Below, in pieces: positions 50,001 to 62,588 of a stretch of DNA of 64,000 nt. The position numbers and the translations under genes are program-made. The DNA comes from Stylophora pistillata (Eukaryota), in assembly GCF_002571385.2 (NCBI RefSeq), contig NW_019218423.1, positions 1-64,000 of the forward strand, given 5' to 3'. The notes beneath the pieces are model-generated. The model searched no databases. It worked only from the letters and a program-made list of their open reading frames with translations, and was not told the origin of the DNA. Position 1 is the stretch's first letter. Each line of letters opens with the position of its first letter.

Positions 50001-51420
50001 ATTTAAACAGAACTGAAAAGAAAGCTTACATAATTCATATTAAATTGTAACCTTGTCTTCATTTTTGAATTACCTAGTTCAACACCTAGTAAATTCATTG
50101 TTTTAATTTGATTTGGTAACTGTCCATTGGTTAGTTTTTGAGCAACCTTATGTGTCTTATTCAGTTGCAGCAATTTGAACATTAGTGTACCAGTCAGATT
50201 TCAAATGTGTCACAACTTCAGTCACCACTTCTTTTGTTGGATTTATGAAGCTGATCACTAAATTGTGTCATGGCCCCTGGCCAGTATTTTACTGATTCAT
50301 AAGTTTCACTTGACCATGTTACTTTACATCTCATTCTTAGGAATTCAAGTAGGACCAGTTTCTCTTAATTAAGGAATGTAACTATAGGCTCCCCCCTTCC
50401 CACCCTTTGTAAAGGAATACCTTTTTTAGCCAATGGGTTATCTATTTTGCACCTCAGCTGTGCCTCAGACATTTCTGTTTCAGTTATGTCTGAAGTTGTT
50501 CAACCACCTCCTCACCATATTTGTTTAATTGGCTGTATGTTCTTTTGACCAAAACTTAAAAGTTGCTGATATGGCCTGAGATGTAGTCTGCATTTCCTTT
50601 GCCCCTAACAGATAATTAAGACAAGGCGTAAAGAGAAGAAAGAAGGAGGAAAGGTGTCTTGTAAACCAGACTTGCTAGATCTCTTAATGGATCAGTATGA
50701 TGAAGACACTGGCTCTGGCATGGATGATGAGCTTCTCCGAGCTCAGGTATTCACTTTCATGTTAGCTGGTCATGAAACAACTAGTGTATCCATGGTGTGG
50801 ACTTTGTATGAACTTGCCAGACATCCAGACATTGCTGAAAAGATCCGCAACGAAATTAAACTAGTTATGCAGGAATCATCAGAAATGACTTGGGCAAAAC
50901 TGGCAGAGATGAAGTTTCTTGGTAATGTCATTAAGGAATCTCTCCGGATTCATCCTCCAGCTTCTGCAGCAGTACGTGTTGCTAATAAATGTGATGTGAT
51001 TGGTGGGTATGAAATTCCCAAAGGAGCCAATGTAGCTCTTGGTATTGATGCTGTACACCATTCACCAAAGTATTGGAGAGATCCTCATGGTTTTAACCCA
51101 CAGAGGTTTGATGAAAACGGTAAGATTGAGGCATAAATTTCTCTCTTTTTTTATTTGCTCGTTTGCTTTTCTTTCATGACTGCTCCTGCATAACAGGAAA
51201 TATAAGCAGAGGAATTATGAGGAGAGTTATGTTATGGTTCTTGAGGCAGACTGAATGTGAGCCAAGAATTGAAAGATAGGCCTCCATCTTTATCACACCT
51301 ACCCAGAACTTTTAATTTCAAGTCCTTTAGTAATGCGGTTCACATCACTCTGAGACCAAATCTGTACATTAGAACATCTTTTAATACACTACCATACTGA
51401 ATTGTACTTTTGCTTGTTAC

Positions 51421-51462
<42 letters not shown>

Positions 51463-52375
51463 GTGACTTGATTTCCGTAGAACAGTGCTCAATACATACA
51501 AGTAGTAATCCCCTGAAAAGGGGGCGACCACGAAACGGGCTTGTAGGGATGAACTTGTAGTTTACTTGTCTTTTTCCTCCCACAATATATACTTCGCTCT
51601 ACTTCTATGTATTGAGCCCTGTTCTACGAAAATCAAGTCACACTTTATATGTATATATATATATATATATATAAAGTATTTTAAATTAAAATATTGCTTA
51701 GCAACATCAAAACCTTTGTAAGTGATGTATTCCTGCAAAGCTAGTCAACTCTACCAACGACCATGTTAATTACCAGTTACCAAGATTATTATTAACTGTT
51801 TTTTTTCCTTTTAATGTTACTAATATCTCAGTTTATGAGGTTAGACTGAACATTCCAAGGCACCCCCTTCCCTTTCCCCCCTTCCTGTCAGGCACAAGGC
51901 TCTATATTCTCCAAGGAGGCAAGTTTGTAACCCAAGAATTAGCTAACAACTTACAGCAGTACCCTTTAGAGTAAAATTGGTCATTCACATAGGATAATTT
52001 CGGTTTTTTTTTTTTTTTTGCAAAGCCAATGGTAGATGATTTGAGGACTTAATTCATACAAAGATAGCAAATTAGCACAGGCTATATATATCTGAAAGAA
52101 GGGATGTTGTAGAATTGCACTGATTAGTATTGTGTTTCTTTGCAGATGAAAACTATCAGTCACACCATCCATATGCATTCTTGCCATTCACCGCTGGTCC
52201 TCGCTCGTGCATAGGGAGTAAGTTTGCTATGGTAGAGATGAAAGCTGTGTTATGTACTTTACTACGACACTTTACATTTGAAGAAATTCCAGGATTCACC
52301 GTGACGCCAATCATTCGATTGACAACTAGGCCAGATCCACCTTTGCAGTTAAGGATCAGAAAGTTGATCAGTTGA
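47030..52375 (+). CDS. Cytochrome P450 (microsomal, clan 3/4-like), 496 aa, 5 exons; paralogue of the minus-strand P450
   Basis: Exons 47030-47246, 48362-48603, 49394-49687, 50612-51119, 52146-52375 (1491 nt, frame continuous). TM plus PKPGG, AGHETTS, ESLR, PQRF, heme motif FTAGPRSCIG. Confidence 0.95.
49187..49258. repeat. ~72-bp hairpin palindrome in P450 intron 2
   Basis: AAAACAATAGAGTGTTTATGTC..GAACTATC versus GATAGTTC..GACAGAAACACTCTATTGTTTT. Confidence 0.8.
51424..51673 (+). mobile_element. Penelope-like remnant: ~50-bp inverted repeats around a hammerhead-like motif, inside (TA)n
   Basis: ~51456-51505 inverted at ~51599-51648; between them ATCCC CTGAAAA GGGG GCGA CCAC GAAA CGGGCTTG TA/ GGGAT (51508-51550); (TA)n on both sides. 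Confidence 0.7.
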
Positions 52376-52572
52376 CTGATGCTTCCATGAATTATTGACT
52401 TTCTATTATTTTTGTTTGTTTGCATATTGCTTGGTTGGTAAGATATTTGCTTCATCATGTGACAAGCATGTCCAATTAGTCAGTACATTAACCGCATTTT
52501 TTGAAACTATACGTTTGGGGTTTAGTTTTGATCATGTTACAAGAGACTACCTAAGCTCGAAAGTATGCTCAT

Positions 52573-53024
52573 AATCATCTAGTATCTTTTTTTTTTTTTA
52601 AATTTTTTTGGCATTTTACCAAAACATTACTCTCCTTACAATACACTACAGGACCCAGTTACAGTACGTTGCTTACAATAGTTTACTGAGAACACACCAC
52701 AAACAAAGTATAGTTTACAATAAACTTGATTACAGCAGATGACTTACTATCAATTACTTCCACTATCTACACGATACTCTACATTTACATTACGTAACGA
52801 CATATTACACTCCTTTCAATATGTTACATAAATTACTTACAGTACCTTAATAATAGTATATAGCAGATCAAGCCATAGGTGTTGTGCAAACCGCCCACAA
52901 TAGTACAATAAGCAATTAACACATTAATTTCTAAGGTTGAATACAAAAGGAAAAAGACAGAACGATATACAACTAAACAATTAAAAACGTAGCTAGATTA
53001 GAATTTCAAATCATCTAGTATCTT
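52573..53024 (-). mobile_element. Retroposed insertion (probable L1/Tx1-type 3' UTR) with poly(A) tail and 16-bp TSD
   Basis: AATCATCTAGTATCTT at 52573-52588 and 53009-53024 flanks 420 bp that begins with poly(T). Confidence 0.85.
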
Positions 53025-53219
53025 GTTTATCAACTGTTCTTTTGAATATTGTATTAGGTGTTTTGTATTTTAATTGCCATGCATATGTCCACTTGATTTG
53101 CATGTGTTTATTTTTTTGCTAATTAAGCTTTTCTTCTTTTCGAGAGCCGAGCTTGAAAAAAAGTACGTTTCCTATTACATTATATCATATTTAGTACTTT
53201 ACTTATCATAATTGTTACT

Positions 53220-54990
53220 ACTTTATGGAACAATCAATATGCTTTGAAAAGCTCGCCTCGAAAGTGGTTCGACAACGTTTGTTTCTCCACGTTCGCGCCG
53301 TGAATTTAAGATTTTTTTACAATTAAGAAAATCTCGCAAATTTCGTTTTCGCTCAGATATTTTTTCCGACCTTTTTACCCACATCACGAGGATCTTGTGC
53401 ATTGCTGAAATGATACGGTTTCATCTTCCCTTTGATGCTGACGAGTTCACTTTGAAGGCCACCAGGAATTGTTTGAATTTGAAGATTGCAGGGGGATGAT
53501 GGTCCATTAGTTCCTGTAATTGTGAAGCCAAGGTATTACCATATTCAACAATGTCAATTTTGCCTGGTCTAGGGCTTGTTGATAACTGAAATTTGGGAAT
53601 AAAATTTTTAAGGCTCTTTTTTGTATGGGTTCAATAGCATCAGAGGTATGCGGGAATGTCTTGCCACACTTCCGCAGCATACTCTAGGACCGATCTAATA
53701 TTACAAGTGTATACCCTAAGTCTTCTGGCGTAACTCCTGCTCGTTTCAACAACCTTAGAGCGTATAATTTTTTAGCTGCCTTGGCAGTTACATATTCAAC
53801 GTGAGTATTCCATTTAAGGTCATCTCTAATTATAACTCCTAAAAGCTTAGAAGTTCCTACTCGCTCCACTTCTTGATTTCCAATAGTTATAGGTCGCATT
53901 GCAGTAATCGAATTCTTCATGAAATTTACGTACATTTCTTTACATTTTTTGGGATTTAATTTCATCCTGTGTTCTATGCAATAATCATGGATTTCTCTGA
54001 CAACTACATCTAGTATACTAACGGAGTTTCTTGGAATAATCTCAAATGCAGTAGTGTCACCAACATACTTCGTACGCATATGCCAATTACGGCGGAGCTT
54101 GTTTATCATAACAGTAAAGAGCATTAATAATCCGAGTTTTGTTCCCACGCCACCATTGACTTGTTTCCATGGTGACAGGGAGGAGCCAACACGTACTGCC
54201 TGTATTCGGTTGGTAAGAAAGGAACGTATCCAAGAAAAACAGAGTTTGATCGATGTTGAACAATCTGAGTTCACCTAGCAATATTGAATGGTCTATGATA
54301 TCAAAACCTTTAGTAAAATCAGCAAAAAATATCCGAACAGAGCAGTTACCTGAATCAATAGCTTCGTGTATAGCTTACATTAAATAAATTAATGCGTGCA
54401 CTGTAGAGTGTCCATGGCGTGCATATTGACGTGGGTCAATAGAGTCAAACACCTGATCTAACAGTCTTTTGTTTGTAAAACCCTCTAGCACTTTTGCTAA
54501 ACAGCTTGTTAGTGCAATTGGTCTCAAGTCTGAGTTAATGTTTTGAGGAGGGCAAACTTTAGGGACTGGTGAGATAATTGACTGTTTTCAAGTGTCAGGT
54601 ACGAAACCTTCTCTCAGTGATTGATTGTAAATATCTTGAATCAATGGTGCTAATTCGGGTGCAAATTGCTTCCACAATTTGTTCGATATTCCATCCGGTT
54701 CCACCGCTTTATGTATAGACAATTTGCGCAAGTCAGATGAAACTCCCTCCAAGCAAACAAGCAACTCTGGTGGAATTACGTTGGGCGGAGTTTGGATTGG
54801 CATCAAAGGTTCGAACTCTTGGGTTATACTAGTGAAGAAATCGTTAATTTGAGTAGCTAGTTCTGCAGGACTAATGATGACGTCACTTAGGAATTGATGG
54901 TATCATTCCTGTTTACCTACCCCGTCAGAGATTTGATGTCTTTCCACCATTTCTTGGGGTTAGTTTCAGCCAGACCTTCCACTTTGTTGT
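53220..54990 (-). mobile_element. Degenerate non-LTR retrotransposon ORF2 (RT domain)
   Basis: KAVEPDGISNKLWK, DFTKGFDIIDH, WIRSFLTNRIQAV, KYVGDTT, KLLGVII, KAAKKLYALRLLKRAG; many stops and frameshifts. Confidence 0.9.
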
Positions 54991-55558
54991 TATAATAGAA
55001 GCGCTTCGCTGTTTTAATAACATATTGGACTCTATTCCGCCAGATGGATTAAAAAAAGGAAAGAAGAATTCATTTACACGCACATAGTCAAAATTGTAAA
55101 GCAGAACCACGCGTTGAAAAATTCACTAACGATGGCGAACTTTGTCAGTGGCCTGGTAACTTGTTCCATAACAAAACGGCACCTAATATTTATCCAAGAG
55201 ACCATGAACAGTTTCTCCTTTCTTGATTTAGTATAATCGGTTTTTTCCTCGACATATCCTTTTGTTTAAACTTTTACGGAAGACATTCACCTTCTACATG
55301 TACATTGTTTTGTCTCGTTTGTTTGCTTCAAAGAAAGCCCAATATAAGTCTAGCGATGTAAAGTCGCTCAGGTGCACGATGAGTACGTAGAAAGGTCATA
55401 ATTAGCAGTTTGTCCAAATTACCTCACTTTCTTAAAACATATGCCGCTTATGAAGCTTCTTCATCAGGGATGATGCTTGGCTCTGCTGCAATTGCGTACT
55501 GTTCTGACTTTTCCTCTGGCCTACCAATATCATCCCGATGAAATACGAACAAACAAGT

Positions 55559-55969
55559 TTATGTCCATCTCAAATTATTACAAGCCTCAAATGAAGTTGT
55601 CAACTCATGACCTCTTGTGTATATTCTATCAGGTTGACTTATTTCTGAGTCATTGTCGCCATTTGTGTCTGTGGAACATGTTCTACATTCTCCCCTCTTT
55701 GCACAGTTTTTAATCACTGCCACGTTCGTGTCGTTGTTATTTTTCCTGGTTGCTTCACGAAGAGGACAGGGCACTTGCCACCTGGTCATGAACTTTGATT
55801 TGTAACAATGTTCTTCTACAACGGTAATAAAAGCACCAGAGGAAGAATCTTCCATCATCTCTCCGCGAACCCGCGGGCTAAATTCACAGAAGTACAACAC
55901 CACAAGAAGTAAACAAACCAGGAATAACACCAAGCAGAAAGCAACAGACGCCGAGCTGATCTCGATCAT
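55559..55969 (-). CDS. Single-pass membrane protein, ~136 aa, unknown function
   Basis: Hydrophobic helix VAFCLVLFLVCLLLVVLYFC near the N-terminus, then a polar tail; first ATG at 55969. Confidence 0.55.
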   Translation of the reverse strand: MIEISSASVAFCLVLFLVCLLLVVLYFCEFSPRVRGEMMEDSSSGAFITVVEEHCYKSKFMTRWQVPCPLREATRKNNNDTNVAVIKNCAKRGECRTCSTDTNGDNDSEISQPDRIYTRGHELTTSFEACNNLRWT

Positions 55970-57387
55970 CGACAAGGCAATATCCGGCTTCCACCTCCAG
56001 AGTGGGCTCCTAGATTCAAGTGCATCTTTGATAGGATGGTATTACTATTTTGTTAAAATTCATATTCTATCATAGCAAACTAAAAATAATTATGAATACC
56101 TGTTCACATGTGTACGTCCCGCCTCCGTGGGTTTCAGCCTGATTGGGTCTTTGACTTACAAATTAGGTCAAAGTCAATACATGGTTAATTGACACTATTT
56201 TGTTCAAGTCCCTGGAGGCTTGTCAGGTTTGTTTACTAGCAAAAACTGAGAACAGACCAGCGCAATGCCTGGCAACTTAAATAAATTGTTAAACATCTTT
56301 TGTGATGCATCTAGGAAAAAAATCTTATGATTTTATAGGCATATATCTTAGACTGAAACAGACTATCGAAGGACATTTCATAAATAGGAGCGAGAGAATC
56401 AGATAGATTAAAAAGTAGCATTCTGAGACGGATAGAGTTATTGTGTATCTTTGCATTACCAATCGTCTTCCCTCGCCTTTTTTATTTGAAATATTTTTTT
56501 AATTACTATGACCCAGCTACCAAAAAAAATTGAATCATATTTCCCCTCTTATTTGTAAGCGAATGCAGAGATAAATTTTAACACAATAAATCTTGAAATT
56601 ATGCCTAAAATGCTTCACATCATGTAAGGCTGGTGAAGGCTCGGTTTACAATTAGTTTATACATTTTAAAAGGAAATAAAGCATGGTTCTGTTGGATTTT
56701 CTTTCTTTATCATGACGTGCATGTGGCTAACTTAAATGGGACACAAGGAAGTGACCAGTAAGCCAAAAAACGAAGAAACAGGTTTTCTTTCTCTCTCTGG
56801 CTATGGACCCATGACCTTTTGTTGGAAGCACTCGTTCGAGGCTCGTTCACCACAGGTATCCTTCTTCTACTTTTTTTTCCGTCGTCTTTGAAGCATATTT
56901 CGATAGAGTGTCGAAAACCAAAACGCGAGTATTGGGCATAACAGCCAATTAGAGGAAAGAAAAATATTACAGAGAGCCGATGAGAACTTAAAGTAAAACT
57001 GAACAAGCAAACTAGCAGAAGCGTTTCAAACGCAACTAAACCGCGATTGAATGTGAATTGCATAAAACTACTGACATAATACGGAATCAGATATTGAGAC
57101 TATGCGGACTCCTAATAAGTAGTTTTACTAGTTACCTTTTATTTTGTTTTTTATGTTTTCGGTTTAAGTGTATTTTTTAAATATTTCATAACATTATCAA
57201 AGACACTAATAATAAATTATTAAACGAAAAACTAAGTTTACTGAAACAGTAAATTCAGTTTAAAGCTATTCCCTGATAAAGCAACTGGATACTTTGAACA
57301 GAATCTTAATTAGTTTTTGAGCCCTGCATTTTTTGAAGAACACTTAAAATAGGAGGTCGTTGCAACAATGTCATTAAGTTCTTTACA

Positions 57388-58170
57388 TTAGAAATCTTCG
57401 TGGGAGGGTCCATCCTCTTCATGTTCTATAACCAGAATGTCGTAATCCGGTGAATAAATGCGAAAAGGTCCCTTGTTGCCTCTGTAGCTACATTGTTCTC
57501 CCAACGTGAGAGTACATATGTTGGTCTTCTTGTTAACTACCTGGGCTGATGAATAGGATTTCTCGAAGCTTTTTAAACCTTTTGGACTCTTATAATAGTT
57601 GATTAGATTTTCAGTATATTTACTGTTTGACTGGAGTGATAATGGCTCGTTGCTTTTCTGTTGCTGCGGGGAGACTCTACATCTGTTGCTGTATCGACGG
57701 CACAGTTTCGTTTCCGATGAATGACGCGGCTTGTTGACCCGCCTTACATCTCGAATTAATTTATTTTCACTTTCATATAAATCATTTCCATTTTCTAAAT
57801 CCACTTCCGAAACATTCAACGATGGTAAAATCAACAGCCTCTGCCGTTGCGGGGAATTTTCTTTCTCTTTATATGGCCCCGTACGTCGAAGTTCCTCGTT
57901 TTCTGATGGGAATTTTCTCAGGTGCGCATGACGTTTACTAATTTCCTTTTCTTTCTCTTTGATTTCCTTCAACCTGTTTCGGAAAATTCGATTAGTTTCC
58001 ATTTGGTCTCGCCTTTGTATGGCCATTTCTTGTCGTTGTCGCTCTCTCAGTTTAAAAGATTCATTTTTATAGCTGTCGTACAACGCTTTTCGAATGGATA
58101 AAACACTTGGATCCATCCCCAGCCGTTTGCGATAATTCTCCAACAGACCGGCAAAATAGCTGTGGTTCAT
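57388..58170 (-). CDS. Uncharacterised protein with charged coiled-coil N-terminal half (260 aa; may have upstream exons)
   Basis: 783-nt ORF in AT-rich DNA with an E/K/R/Q-rich helical segment; possible in-frame acceptor CCTCAG/ at 58201. Confidence 0.7.
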   Translation of the reverse strand: MNHSYFAGLLENYRKRLGMDPSVLSIRKALYDSYKNESFKLRERQRQEMAIQRRDQMETNRIFRNRLKEIKEKEKEISKRHAHLRKFPSENEELRRTGPYKEKENSPQRQRLLILPSLNVSEVDLENGNDLYESENKLIRDVRRVNKPRHSSETKLCRRYSNRCRVSPQQQKSNEPLSLQSNSKYTENLINYYKSPKGLKSFEKSYSSAQVVNKKTNICTLTLGEQCSYRGNKGPFRIYSPDYDILVIEHEEDGPSHEDF

Positions 58171-61100
58171 CGTGCAGCAAGCTTCAGCTTGTAAGACATT
58201 CTGAGGAACTTCAGAGCATTTGACAAAATGATGAACAGCAACCTATCCTCCCTTATGTTGAGCTGAAAATTACTGAGTTAAACCCCGCTGACAAAATCGA
58301 ATATCTTCGTTTTCATTCAAACAATATTTATGTCATATCAGCATGAGAGGACACTCGGTATCACACTTACTACCTGCTGTGTTCAATAAACAAATCTATG
58401 GAACAAGCTAAACTTCCGTCCGATCCTTTCAGTTCTGACCATAGTTAACTATGTTCTGACGCAGTTATGATTGTATGATTATGCACACCTGTTAGTCTAA
58501 ACTGACACGAGGCCAGTAACTAGGTTAATTTCACTTGGAGAATGTGTGAACTAAAGAAAACAAATTTTAGCTGTTGATTGTTTAATGTTACCTGTCTAGT
58601 GGTTTACATTCAGGTACAACAGCTACATCGAGAGTGGATGTAACATGGCTCCAAGCTGAGTTCTAGGATTCAATTAAACAATGCAGTCCTTCAAGCACCT
58701 GCCCTCAAGGACTTCTTTCAGACCACAACTCAGTGTCCAAGAGACCGAAGTATTTTAAGTTTAAGACAATTGTCGAAGTAATTTACAGCTCCTTGCAAGT
58801 ACAGTTTCAAATTTTCATTTGTATTGATGATACTTCGGTTTTGCCGTAGCAATAATCCAATGCCTTTTGTAGAAGTTGCTCACTATATTTGTTTTTGTTG
58901 TGAAAGAGTCGTGTCGCTAATTCACCGACCAAACCCCTTTTCCCGGTTTTGAGTGATATCCTTAAAAGCCTTTCCCTCTTTTTAGACTGTATATGACCTA
59001 GACACCCGCCCTGATTAAACTTCCATCCTTGGGTAACGAAAAACCTTTGGAAAATTGGAGAAAGAGCGAAACTTTGAGTCCTAGCTCTGTAGCAGGGACC
59101 CAAGATACTTCCACCGGAAATTAAAATAGTCTATGAATATATTAACATAATTATGAGGACCACTGACCTTGAATAACGGTAGCAACAAATGCGGTTGGCA
59201 ACCAGTAAGTCTTTTCGCAGCGGGCTGATGACCTACAAAAATTGGCATTCTTTGATACACTTGGGTACTACAATGCCTTAGCTAGCCAATTTGGTCCCTA
59301 AGAAATGAATTTTACCGAAAGATGCGTCAGTGAAAGTAACGAAATGGAACATGACATCGAAATCGAAGACGAGACGACAGTGTACTTATCGTGGAGTCAC
59401 TTATAGCAGTCATGTTGAACGGTTTTGCCAAACATAGGCCTCACAGTACACTAGAGTATGAACAGCAGTTAGATTATCTGTGTCAGTGGATGGAGAAGTG
59501 GAGCGATCCAGTGGTGAGATATCCTAAATTTAACGTGTAGTTGAAAGTTGTCGATGGTATTCGAACTACGCTGTTTTATTAGTTTTGAATGCATATACGG
59601 AAAATGATGTCTTTGTTTACTCAATATTATGCTGTAATTCACTTTTGCGTTTGCTTTAATACTTTCTGTTTAAGCGGCTTTTCTCGTCTGAAGAGTGCTT
59701 CATAATATTAGATAAAAATTTTGCTCAATTTACATTGTGGTCTGAGTCATCGCAACCTTTCTTTTTGGCAGAATGGAGGGTAATTAGACATGTTGGACTA
59801 ATTCTTTATAATGTGGTGTTAAATTAGTGTTACTTGCATAGTGCCAACGGGAATTAGTTTGAGCTCGAGAACGCATTTTTTATATATCCCGGCCTTGTAT
59901 AGTGTTGACGAAAATAGTCGCGCACTTTTCTACCAGTTACAAATAATTTTAAGTATAAGACATTTGAGTTCTCTTTCTAATTCCTAAACTGTTTATTGTT
60001 TATCTTTTCTATAATTAAAATTTATCTCGCGTTCCTCAGTTTCAGGATATTTTCAAGTGTGCCGAGTAAAGTTTATTTTCCGTTAATTGAATGCTGTTTC
60101 TGTGCTGTGATACTGCATTTCCTGAAGACAAAATTCATGAACTGAAAAATTCCATGTTAATTAATTTTCCATCTTACCTTACAATTTTAAAAAAGAGATT
60201 ATAAGGATAATCTGGGAGACAATGGTTCAGAATGCACAGAATGATAGGTGTTATTGTAATTCTTCATGTAGAACCAGAATAATATACATGCAAGTTATGG
60301 GCTTCTATACAGAGACAAAAGAGATAAAAAAACTTTGATCTCACACCAGCTTATGCCAACTGAATAGTTTTTTTGTGCCCAAGAAAAAAAAAACTAGTTT
60401 AACGCACCTCTCATTTTTTCTAAAAAGGCACTTGAGAAAAGAATCCTGAACCAGTCAGAGAATAGAGATGACACAGTAAATAATCATATTTTCTATAAAA
60501 TATCCAATTTTAGAGAAAAGAGCAATGTACAGCTGTAGAGGATTAATTGTGCCAGAATTTTGTAAAGGACCTCTTTGAAAATTCTGGAAACATCCTTTGT
60601 GGTTTTCTTATATCTTAGAATATAATCTTATAAAAGAGAATCCTACTGCATGCGTGTTTTCACTGCAATTTCCACCTCTCTTAAGCTTAGTGGTGCACAC
60701 ATATAGTGAGGCTCAAGCTATTTAGATACTTTGAGATCCTTTTTTTTTGCAAGAAAATTATTAATCATTGCATCTATGGATCACATAAAACTTCTTGGAA
60801 ATTACATTTTTTAAGTAACAAATCCCTCACACCAATTTGTCTCAGAATCAAGTTGAATATTATATGTTGACTTACAAATTTCAAGATATCATGTTGCAGT
60901 TGGTCAAGATGATTATAGTAGTTATAAGTTCTTTTCTGTATGTGGAACCCCACCACAACTTCTATCTTAAGCTTATTTGTAGTGTTTTGCAAAAGGCAGC
61001 ATGAAAAATTCTCTAAACTTCTATTGTTTTTAAAATTTACAACAAATTGTACAAGTTACCTTTTTTATGATATATGTAAGATCATTTTTTACATATTTTT

Positions 61101-62207
61101 TACAAATACACAAAGCTTTTCTCTCTTGTCATACATGCACATGTATATGTGTATTGTAATCGAAAACCTACTGCAACCCTTTTCTATAGAACCCCCTTCC
61201 CCTTTACTGAACCTTCTCCCTTTGAATGGTCCAAATTTATGTAACAAAAGCCCACCTATTTCATAAACCTCCAGAAAATGGCACAATTTACCCAATCAGT
61301 AATCACACACTCAGTTATTTGGACACAATATGAAAAAAACTGAAATACTGCAAGTGCCATGATTGGTCAAAAACATTATCATTTATTTCAGGAAAGCATT
61401 AGACCTCGCACTCTACCTGTTTAGTGCCATAATTACTTAGTCAGAATATTGGGACAATACTTGAAAAAGTTTTTAATCACTTGCATTGTCAATAAAAGAT
61501 GTGACACAAATGCATAATTTCTGCAGAATTATTAAGGTGGTAAAATTAGAGCATGTTCCAAATTGGTAGATAAATATGGCTATTATTACCAGGAAAAATG
61601 TTAAAAGAAACAAAAAAAAGTATTCTCATTGTAATTGTAAACTTCAGGTATAGCTACCATACTCCTGAATACATTATAAACTAAGGAAACCCTTATCTCT
61701 TACAACTGTATTCCTATTCTCTCTTTATTGAAATGCCTTATGATGTTTGTTGAAAATTAACAAATAAGTTCTGTGTGAAACTCCGAAAACTGTCAACACA
61801 AGATGTCTACCTCTAATGTGACTGAATCAAGGAAAATAGAGTAATCTGGCATGAAAATTCTTATGGCATAATGCTGATAAATTTTTGGATTTCTGGTTTA
61901 CTTACATTTCCTGATATCTCATGTAATTTGCAAAACACAAACATTGCAGACAGATTTCAGACCTGTTCGTGATTTTCTAAGTTTGACAATAAAAATAGAG
62001 ATAAAATATTCTTATAACTGAATTTACCTTCTTAACATTTGTTGCAGAGACGCAGTGTGATTGATCTCCTTCTTCCACGGTGTGATCAAGAACAAATCAC
62101 GTTTCTGTGGACAGTAAGATGTTAATTGAAATTTTGAATAATTGAATATTTTTTTAGCATTTGAAATGGTTGAGAGATTAATAAAATGAATATTTTGAAG
62201 AAAAAAA

Positions 62208-62588
62208 AACTGAACACTGATAACTTAAAGACAAATGTTACTATAAATTATGTGTAATATTTTCATTCCATTATCAGATGAAGAACTGATTCAAGTTAGG
62301 ATAACCAAAATGTTTCATTAAAGTTCTTTCTCCATTTTAATTAAGGTGGTTGAGCCAACATTACACAGAGACTTCATGTACAGTTCACTGACTTCATGTA
62401 CAGTTCACTAAACTGAATACTGAGAAGACAAATGTTACTATAAATTATGTGAAATATTTTCATTCCATTATCAGTTGAAGAATTGATTCAAGTTAGGAAA
62501 ACCAAAATGTTTCATTAAAGTTCTTTCTCCATTTTAATTAAGGTGGTTGAGCCAACATTACACAGAGACTTCATGTACAGTTCACTGA
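62208..62588. repeat. Near-identical ~180-bp tandem duplication (period ~200 bp)
   Basis: 62208-62391 repeated at 62411-62588, separated by an extra copy of the terminal ~20 bp (CTTCATGTACAGTTCACT). Confidence 0.9.

Noticed and set aside
55559-55969. Membership of this TM protein in the 32118/34008 family
   Set aside because: Only a weak IEISSA versus IDISA resemblance; lacks the LW and L[KR]NxY motifs.
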